From NCBI GenBank assembly GCA_028711115.1, contig JAQTSV010000001.1, positions 1,304,928 to 1,368,927 on the forward strand: a stretch of DNA of 64,000 nt. Reading direction: 5' to 3'. This document shows, in pieces, positions 30,433-36,872 of the stretch. The notes beneath the pieces were generated by a model. That model was given only the letters and a program-made list of their open reading frames with translations, searched no databases and had not been told where the DNA came from. The position numbers and the translations under genes were made by a program. The stretch is from Candidatus Omnitrophota bacterium (lineage in GTDB: Bacteria; Omnitrophota; Gorgyraeia; Velamenicoccales; JABMQK01). Every line of letters starts with the position of its first letter. Within the stretch, counting starts at the first letter, position 1.

Positions 30433-30506
30433 TGCGCCTGGCTGGACTCGAACCAGCAACAACTAGTTCCGTAGACTAGTGCTCTATCCAATTGAGCCAC
30501 AGGCGC
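30433..30506 (-). tRNA. tRNA-Arg (anticodon ACG), no encoded CCA
   Basis: GCGCCTGTGGCTCAATTGGATAGAGCACTAGTCTACGGAACTAG...GGTTCGAGTCCAGCCAGGCGCA. Confidence 0.9.
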
Positions 30507-30553
30507 ATCTATTAAATCAACTTTTATTCTATTTTTATCTTTAATCAAAATAA

Positions 30554-30820
30554 TTATAGAAAAATCAGGCTCTTAATATTGTGTAACGAAAGTAAAACAA
30601 ACAATATCCCGCATGCCAATCTATGTTTAAAAATCCAATCATTTAAGAAATTGATCTTTTCTTCCAGCACAGTAAGGAATACAGCGGTAAGCCCTAATTC
30701 TGTATTCGCTATCTCCTCCAGGCGCAGATACAGCTCCAAAGATAACAAAAAGATTAAACTGAAAATAAGAGCCACAAAGGAACTGCCCAAACAAATAAAT
30801 TTGATGATAATTATTTCCAT
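30554..30820 (-). CDS. Hypothetical small membrane protein (88 aa)
   Basis: Two to three predicted TM helices. There is no Shine-Dalgarno, so the call rests on ORF length and hydrophobicity alone. Confidence 0.35.
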   Translation of the reverse strand: MEIIIIKFICLGSSFVALIFSLIFLLSLELYLRLEEIANTELGLTAVFLTVLEEKINFLNDWIFKHRLACGILFVLLSLHNIKSLIFL

Positions 30821-30885
30821 AATTGCAGAGAGTAAATTAGCATACTTTAGTGATTAAAACAAGGAAGAAAACAAAAAAAGCAATA

Positions 30886-30970
30886 ACTGCGCTAGGCTAC
30901 ATTAGCCCAGTATCCGAACGGTCCCGAAACACATTGTTTCGGCATCCGTCATTAATTTTATTTTTGAATG
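30886..30970 (-). repeat. Orphan tRNA-trailer hairpin array R2 (no adjacent tRNA)
   Basis: GCGCTAGGCTA-CAT-TAGCCCAGTATCCG, then CCCGAAACA-CAT-TGTTTCGGCATCCG, then a decayed TCATTAAT unit. The module order matches R3, but no tRNA follows. Confidence 0.75.
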
Positions 30971-30998
30971 AACTACGTACAACATTTGAATAACCATT

Positions 30999-31388
30999 TT
31001 AAGGCTGTACGTATCTTCTGGCATTTTTTTTAATACACGCTATAAGCTCTCCTACAGTTACTGTCTTTGCTAAAAGCGAATATCCCCTAGTAAAACTTGC
31101 TTGGGAGCTGGCCTCTTCTTCTCTTACTATTGCAGTCAAAAATACAACAGGGGTATCTTTTATGCTCTTATCATCCCTTATTAGAGAAATAACGTCGCTA
31201 CCATCCATCCCCGGCATTACTATATCGAGTAATATCAAATCTGGTTTTATCTCTATAGCTAACCTGATACCGTCTTCCCCATTTGTTGCTATATATACCT
31301 CAAACTCACCTGTCTGTTCTATATTTTTCTTAACCAGCTTACAAAAATTCTCCTCGTCATCAATAATTAATACTTTCTTTTTATACAT
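30999..31388 (-). CDS. Stand-alone response regulator receiver domain (CheY-like)
   Basis: DD pair (IIDDEE), phospho-acceptor Asp in LILLDIVMPGMDG, and conserved T and K positions; 129 aa. Confidence 0.9.
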   Translation of the reverse strand: MYKKKVLIIDDEENFCKLVKKNIEQTGEFEVYIATNGEDGIRLAIEIKPDLILLDIVMPGMDGSDVISLIRDDKSIKDTPVVFLTAIVREEEASSQASFTRGYSLLAKTVTVGELIACIKKNARRYVQP

Positions 31389-31402
31389 TTACTCCCTCCT
31401 TA

Positions 31403-32851
31403 TTACTCGGGAATTTTTAAAGTAATAATTACCTTAGTTCCTTTTTTCACCTGGCTTTTTACCTCAATTAGCCCTTTGTGCATAATAATAATATTTCGGC
31501 TTACAGATAACCCCAGCCCAGTCCCTTTGCCTGGTTCTTTTGTGGTAAAGAAAGGATCGAATATCCTTTTAAGGTTTTCTTCAGAAATACCCATGCCTGT
31601 ATCCTCAATTTCAATAACAACGACATTCTCTCCAGCCTTAAAAGAATCATCTGGCCTTCCATCTATGCCTTTTCTTGTTTCTTCCAGTTGCTTAACAAAG
31701 CTGCGAATAGTAAGTTTTCCTGACTCAGGCATTGCATGTATTGCATTCATAAACAGATTAATAAATACCTGCGTTAGTTTATTTTTATCTACTAAAACCT
31801 TTGGCAGATCTTTTTGAATTTCCTTGACTACCTTGATATTCTTTAATTCTGTTTTTATCAAATTCAAAGAATTCTCAATAATAGGGTCAATATATTCTGG
31901 GTGCAATTCAAGCTTCGTAGCTCTAGAAAAATCTAGAAGCGAGATTACAATCTTGTCTGCCCTTTGCGCGTTCTCCTTAACTATAGATAAAGCCTCATGC
32001 GGCTCTTTTGCCTCCGGAGATATTATTTGCTCCAAATAAGCAACTCCCTGCATTATGGTTCCTAGAGGATTCCTCATCTCATGGGCTACGCTGCTTGCCA
32101 ATTGACCGATGGCCTTGAGCTTCTCCGATTGAATTAACTTATCTTGCATCTCCTTTAATTCATCGTAGGCTATTTTTAATTCTACTGCCCTCTTAGAAAC
32201 CTCCTCGTAAAGTCGGGCGTTCTGCAGAGCAATCGCACCCATACGGCCAATATTCATAGCTACTGAGACTTCTCGCTGCGTGAAAGTCCCGGGTGTTTTT
32301 TTATCGCATATGTGCAATACGCCTAGAACTTCATCCTTGTATATAAGCGGAACACTGATAAATGCTTTTTGCAAAAAATACTCTTCTTTTTTTAACTTGC
32401 TCAAATAATAATCCTGCGCCAAATCGGACACCACTAATTTTTCTCTGTTACGCATCACAAGTCCAGATATGCTATCTTTACCTATGATCAAAGGTCCCTT
32501 GTTGCGATCGTAATACCACCCGATTGCGCAGGCCAACGTAAACTTTTCTGTACTTTTATTCCAAGCAAGAAACACAGTGCGCTCAATCGGCAAGAAATTA
32601 TTAGCAGCCTCGGTAATACACTGCGCTACACCTTGAAGACTAAAAGCCGAAACCAGCTTCTCATTGAACTTAAACAGAAAATCTAATTCTGCCTCATACC
32701 ACATTTTATCTTCTAAATATGACGGAACCTGCGGCGGGAATTTGTGAAACGGATCCCGTGGAAATTTTTTAAGAAGAGACTTCTTCCGTTGATACACAAT
32801 GGCTATCGCGTAAACAAACACGAAACCAATCAAAGTAAATACAATAATCAT
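31403..32851 (-). CDS. Sensor histidine kinase with an N-terminal TM helix and a GAF domain
   Basis: H-box SSVAHEMRNPLGTI, N-box NLFMNAIHAM, G1 DTGMGI and G2 GTGLGLSV. A GAF-like region precedes DHp. Confidence 0.9.
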   Translation of the reverse strand: MIIVFTLIGFVFVYAIAIVYQRKKSLLKKFPRDPFHKFPPQVPSYLEDKMWYEAELDFLFKFNEKLVSAFSLQGVAQCITEAANNFLPIERTVFLAWNKSTEKFTLACAIGWYYDRNKGPLIIGKDSISGLVMRNREKLVVSDLAQDYYLSKLKKEEYFLQKAFISVPLIYKDEVLGVLHICDKKTPGTFTQREVSVAMNIGRMGAIALQNARLYEEVSKRAVELKIAYDELKEMQDKLIQSEKLKAIGQLASSVAHEMRNPLGTIMQGVAYLEQIISPEAKEPHEALSIVKENAQRADKIVISLLDFSRATKLELHPEYIDPIIENSLNLIKTELKNIKVVKEIQKDLPKVLVDKNKLTQVFINLFMNAIHAMPESGKLTIRSFVKQLEETRKGIDGRPDDSFKAGENVVVIEIEDTGMGISEENLKRIFDPFFTTKEPGKGTGLGLSVSRNIIIMHKGLIEVKSQVKKGTKVIITLKIPE

Positions 32852-32863
32852 AAGAATAAGATT

Positions 32864-32958
32864 AACGGCGCTGGGCTACATTAGCCCGGCATCCGAACGG
32901 CGCCGAAACACATTGTTTCGGCATCCGTTAAGTTTTTCATTAATGAAAAACTTAACGG
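32864..32958 (-). repeat. tRNA-trailer hairpin array R3 (3' of tRNA-Ser GGA)
   Basis: The minus strand reads CCGTTAAGTTTTTCATTAATGAAAAACTTAACGG, then ATGCCGAAACA-ATG-TGTTTCGGCGCCG, then TTCGGATGCCGGGCTA-ATG-TAGCCCAGCGCCG. It ends 12 nt before the kinase ATG. Confidence 0.8.
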
Positions 32959-33042
32959 AGAGGCAGGGATTCGAACCCTGGGTAGCCTTACGACTACACA
33001 TGCTCTCCAGGCATGCCGATTAAACCGCTCTCGCACCTCTCC
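32956..33042 (-). tRNA. tRNA-Ser (anticodon GGA), no encoded CCA
   Basis: GGAGAGGTGCGAGAGCGGTTTAATCGGCATGCCTGGAGAGCATG..., a long variable arm, then GGGTTCGAATCCCTGCCTCTCCG. Confidence 0.9.
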
Positions 33043-33137
33043 AAAAATTCAATTACACAGAACAACCGACCGCCATTAAAGATTCGGCGGTCGTCCGCCA
33101 ACTTATTAGTGGCGGACGCTCTCGCACCTCTCCAAAA
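33026..33137 (-). repeat. tRNA 5' cassette E1: a 70-nt two-hairpin element flanked by a 21-nt direct duplication of the tRNA-Ser(GGA) 5' end
   Basis: 33026-33046 and 33117-33137 are both cgctctcgcacctctccaaaa, which is tRNA positions +17 to -4. The interior 33047-33116 carries the hairpins GACCGCC..GGCGGTC and GTCCGCCA..TGGCGGAC. Confidence 0.85.
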
Positions 33138-33179
33138 TTTCTCGCTCTTACTAATCAAAAACAAAGAACAATTTATATG

Positions 33180-34541
33180 TCAATCTCCCAAAAGATGTTC
33201 TTTGGTCAGATTTAATTTATTCAAAGCCGCCTCTCTATCTCTGTGATAAAGACGGCAGAAACTGGAAACGTCGTCTATCTTATTCATTTCTTTTTCTTTC
33301 AATATCTTTAGCAGCTTGACTCTGATTTTAAACTCGTCTATAAAATTCTTGGCCGGAAAACCTCCCAGCTTACAAACCTTATCCCTGAACACACTGCTGG
33401 GCTGGCGCTCTATAAAATTTTCTTTCTCGCAGTTGTAGCTCCATACCGGCGAAAGCAAAACCACTTTCTGTTCCAAGCCGGCTGTCTCGGCTATTTCATC
33501 GACAACTCTGAAAAAACTATTTCTTATCTGATACTTCTTGACAGTAACGAATACGTCTATCAAATTAACCAGTGTCTCGGGTATGTTCATCGGCTCATTC
33601 TGAAGACGAATGATGGCCTCTCTGGCTGAATTAGCATGAATCGTACCCATACAATATTTTCCGATATTCATAGCTGTCATCATATCCTGGGCCTCACTGC
33701 CTCTTACCTCTCCCACAATAATGCGCTCCGGACGCATCCTTAAACTATTCTTCACTAAATCTGCCAGGGTGATACCTTCGTCGCATTCTAATCTTGACCA
33801 GCTATCTTCCAATTTTGTATTGAGTTCCAATGTGTCTTCGATTACAACCAGCCGTTCATTATCGGGGATAAAACTAATAAGAGCATTCATCAGCGTGGTC
33901 TTTCCGGAACCAGGCGCACCCAATATCAACATATTTGCAGGCCTGACGCCCATTCCTTCCACATACAACCACAGCTGCGCTGCTAACTCATAAGATAAAG
34001 ACCTAAAGTTCACCAAATCAATTATGCTCAGCGGGCTCTCTTTTATTTTTGTAATGGTAATCTGCGGACCAAACGGAGACTGCACAATATTCACCCTGCC
34101 TGATATATTGGGCAGCTCTAAATTATTGACCATCTTAACGTGTTTGCGCCCGGAGAAAACCAATAATTTCTTCACAAAAACATCGAGCTCTTTCTGCGTA
34201 TTGAATTTTTTATCTGTTTTCACCAATCCGCGGTATGTATGATGGACATAAATAGGATTAAGTGCATTTATAATAATATCTTCCGTGTTGGGATCGACTA
34301 AAAGTTCATCCACAGTGCCAAAGGAAAAAAATTCCTTTAAAAAACTTTTTCTGCCTTCGTCTGTATTCAATTCACTTACGGTCTTACCTTGAAAGAAATT
34401 ATCTTTGGTAGTATTACCGTAAGTATCGGCGAGAACATTTATGACAATATTATCTTTTTCTTCCTGGGTCTGCATTATATTAATTTTGCCAAATAACTGT
34501 TCAAGAACTTTGGCCTGAATATCCAATTGGAATTTATTCAT
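33180..34541 (-). CDS. Type II/IV secretion-family ATPase (FlaI/TadA/VirB11-like), orphan
   Basis: Walker A GAPGSGKTT, VIEDTLEL, GEVRGSEA and GTIHANS (His box). The N-terminal domain has the LVDPNTEDIIIN motif typical of FlaI/TadA-type ATPases. Confidence 0.85.
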   Translation of the reverse strand: MNKFQLDIQAKVLEQLFGKINIMQTQEEKDNIVINVLADTYGNTTKDNFFQGKTVSELNTDEGRKSFLKEFFSFGTVDELLVDPNTEDIIINALNPIYVHHTYRGLVKTDKKFNTQKELDVFVKKLLVFSGRKHVKMVNNLELPNISGRVNIVQSPFGPQITITKIKESPLSIIDLVNFRSLSYELAAQLWLYVEGMGVRPANMLILGAPGSGKTTLMNALISFIPDNERLVVIEDTLELNTKLEDSWSRLECDEGITLADLVKNSLRMRPERIIVGEVRGSEAQDMMTAMNIGKYCMGTIHANSAREAIIRLQNEPMNIPETLVNLIDVFVTVKKYQIRNSFFRVVDEIAETAGLEQKVVLLSPVWSYNCEKENFIERQPSSVFRDKVCKLGGFPAKNFIDEFKIRVKLLKILKEKEMNKIDDVSSFCRLYHRDREAALNKLNLTKEHLLGD

Positions 34542-34583
34542 AAACTCTCCTTTTGTATTATTCTGAAATTGTTAAACTGATCA

Positions 34584-34646
34584 GCGGATGCCGAATTACA
34601 TTAATTCGGCATCCGCCATTGAATTCATTAATGAATTCAATGGCGG
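34584..34646 (-). repeat. tRNA-trailer hairpin array R4 (3' of tRNA-Ser CGA)
   Basis: GCGGATGCCGAATT-ACATT-AATTCGGCATCCGC (34584-34616) overlaps the perfect 34-nt palindrome CCGCCATTGAATTCATTAATGAATTCAATGGCGG (34613-34646) by 4 nt. The palindrome includes the tRNA CCGCCA 3' end. Confidence 0.85.
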
Positions 34647-34728
34647 AAGGAGCAGGATTCGAACCTGCGAGGCCTTGCGACCTGGACGCTTTCGAGGCGT
34701 CTGGATTCAACCGCTCTCCCATCCTTCC
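34641..34728 (-). tRNA. tRNA-Ser (anticodon CGA), CCA encoded
   Basis: GGAAGGATGGGAGAGCGGTTGAATCCAGACGCCTCGAAAGCGTC..., a long variable arm, then GGTTCGAATCCTGCTCCTTCCGCCA. Confidence 0.9.
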
Positions 34729-34748
34729 CTAATAAATATATATAATTC

Positions 34749-34838
34749 TGGCGGAGGCGGAAGGATTCGAACCCTCGGTGAACTTACGCCCACAACGGTT
34801 TTCAAGACCGCCGCATTCAACCGCTCTGCCACGCCTCC
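34749..34838 (-). tRNA. tRNA-Ser (anticodon TGA), CCA encoded
   Basis: GGAGGCGTGGCAGAGCGGTTGAATGCGGCGGTCTTGAAAACCGT..., a long variable arm, then GGGTTCGAATCCTTCCGCCTCCGCCA. Confidence 0.9.
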
Positions 34839-34931
34839 AATAATTCAATTTTACAGAACAACCGACCGCCATTAAAAATTCGGCGGTCGTCCGCCAACTT
34901 ATTAGTGGCGGACGCTCTGCCACGCCTCCAA
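34822..34931 (-). repeat. tRNA 5' cassette E2: a 72-nt two-hairpin element flanked by a 19-nt direct duplication of the tRNA-Ser(TGA) 5' end
   Basis: 34822-34840 and 34913-34931 are both cgctctgccacgcctccaa. The interior matches E1 at 67 of 70 positions. Confidence 0.85.
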
Positions 34932-34937
34932 AATTTC

Positions 34938-35612
34938 TTATTTCATAACAAACAGCTGCTTAAAAATAGCTGTATGGGTATCGATAAAGAATTTACCGCC
35001 GCTTTTAATAATATTTACAAAAGAAAAATCCTTTAGCATTACATTAAAGAAAACAGAAATTAAGACAATCTCAAACATATAAACTAAAAACAGCGTAAAG
35101 AAATAATTTCCTTTCAGGGTGTCTGTGGTCTCCTCCTTCATATAGGCCGCAGTTAAAATCAAATGCATTACAGCAGTAAAAGAAATCCAAAATATAAAAT
35201 ATCCGATAATAACTTCATAGGCGAAATTTGCCTTAAAAATAAAATAGAGACCAAAAGTTAATACTGTGTAGAACGGTACGGCACAGGATAATAAATCCCT
35301 GAGAGGCGCGATAAAACCAAACATGCCACTGATAAGCCTCTGGCCAAATTTATAAATGGTATTCGGCTCATAAATAAACATATGCAGAATTAAATAGGCG
35401 GCTATGGCTAAGACAAAATTATTTATAATATCCTGGCTTTGGTTGGAAAATTCCTGTGAGAAACTGACCGTCAAACCCCAGACTAACGGCAATAATAAAA
35501 TACTTAAGGTGAATTTAACTACTGATATTACCGTCTCAAATAAACTCCCCCTGGCCCTGCCTCCGGAACCGCTATTAATTTCTAACCCTTCATCCAATTC
35601 TTGTTTTGCCAT
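34938..35612 (-). CDS. Hypothetical polytopic membrane protein (224 aa)
   Basis: About 6 TM helices. It overlaps the serS 3' end by 23 nt. No recognised family. Confidence 0.5.
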   Translation of the reverse strand: MAKQELDEGLEINSGSGGRARGSLFETVISVVKFTLSILLLPLVWGLTVSFSQEFSNQSQDIINNFVLAIAAYLILHMFIYEPNTIYKFGQRLISGMFGFIAPLRDLLSCAVPFYTVLTFGLYFIFKANFAYEVIIGYFIFWISFTAVMHLILTAAYMKEETTDTLKGNYFFTLFLVYMFEIVLISVFFNVMLKDFSFVNIIKSGGKFFIDTHTAIFKQLFVMK

Positions 35613-36858
35613 CGAAATACCCCCTTAAAACTTCCGGTATCTGAATTGTTCCGTCTTTATCCTGATAATTTTCGATTATGGCAATGACCGTGCGCGCAAG
35701 CGCAACGCCCGAGCCATTCAACGTGTGCACATAATTTAATTTTTTTGTATCTTTCGTTCTGTAGCGGATATTCGCCCGCCTTGCCTGAAAATCGCAGAAG
35801 TTCGAACAGCTGGAAACTTCCAGCCACTTGTCCAGCCCCGGCGCGTATGCCTCCAAATCATAGCATTTGCTCGCCGAGAAACTCAAATCTCCCGTAGAAA
35901 GCATATTCACACGGTAAGGCAGATTCAATAATTGTAAAACTTCCTCCGCGTTAGCCACCAATTTTTCCAATTCATCATAGGAAGTCTCGGGCTTTACAAA
36001 TTTAACCATTTCCACTTTATCGAACTGATGCACGCGCATAAGGCCTTTTGTGTCTTTTCCGTAAGAGCCCGCTTCCCGCCTAAAACACGGCGTATAAGCG
36101 GTGTAATAAACCGGAAGATTTTCTTCTTCCAATACGTCGTCGCGGTGAATATTGGTAACCGGAACTTCCGCCGTGGGAATCAAGAATAAATCGTCATCTT
36201 TTAATTTATACATATCCTCTTCTAATTTAGGCAATTGACCGGTACCAGTCATACTCTGACGGTTAACCAAAGCAGGCGCCCAGATTTCCCTGTATCCGTG
36301 TTTTTTGGTGTGCAAATCCAGCATAAAATCAATCAATGCGCGTTGGAGTTTGGCGCCGTCGCCTTTAAAAATGACAAAATTCGAACCGGTTATCTTTGCC
36401 GCGCGCGGCAAATCCATAATATCTAAATGCTCGCAAATTTCCATATGAGATTTGGGCTTAAAATCAAATTCGCGGGCTTTTCCCCAGCTGCGCACAATTT
36501 TATTCGCCGTGGCATCGCCGACAGGAATACTTTCATGCGGAATATTTGGTATATTTAACAAAATTTTATCAAGTTCTGTATCGATTTCTTTTTCGCCTTT
36601 TTCCAATTCGTCGATTTCTTCGGCGATGCTCTTCATTTCTTTTATTTTTTTCTTGGGATCTTTTTTTGCTTTTAGAAGCGCGGTAATTTCGTCATTGGCT
36701 AAATTTTTCTGCCTTCTTAATTCTTCAAGTTTTAGCAAAATTTCCCTGCGCTTTCTGTCGAGCGATGTGAATCCACCTAAATCCAATTTTATCCCACGGT
36801 TTTTTATTGCGGCTTTTACTAAATCAAAATTTTCTCTTATAAATTTTATGTCTAACAT
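35590..36858 (-). CDS. serS: Seryl-tRNA synthetase
   Basis: An N-terminal coiled-coil tRNA-binding arm and a class II catalytic core (motif 2 region FRREAGSYGKDTKGLMRVHQFDKVE). Confidence 0.97.
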   Translation of the reverse strand: MLDIKFIRENFDLVKAAIKNRGIKLDLGGFTSLDRKRREILLKLEELRRQKNLANDEITALLKAKKDPKKKIKEMKSIAEEIDELEKGEKEIDTELDKILLNIPNIPHESIPVGDATANKIVRSWGKAREFDFKPKSHMEICEHLDIMDLPRAAKITGSNFVIFKGDGAKLQRALIDFMLDLHTKKHGYREIWAPALVNRQSMTGTGQLPKLEEDMYKLKDDDLFLIPTAEVPVTNIHRDDVLEEENLPVYYTAYTPCFRREAGSYGKDTKGLMRVHQFDKVEMVKFVKPETSYDELEKLVANAEEVLQLLNLPYRVNMLSTGDLSFSASKCYDLEAYAPGLDKWLEVSSCSNFCDFQARRANIRYRTKDTKKLNYVHTLNGSGVALARTVIAIIENYQDKDGTIQIPEVLRGYFDGKTRIG

Positions 36859-36872
36859 AAATTATTCCTTTC

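Noticed and set aside
33047-33116. The idea that the cassette plus the distal tRNA fragment forms a split, permuted or intron-containing tRNA needing RtcB.
   Set aside because: The proximal tRNA genes are complete, canonical cloverleaves on their own. The distal fragment has only 13-17 nt and no partner 3' half, and no bulge-helix-bulge motif is visible. The RtcB proximity is noted but not used as evidence.
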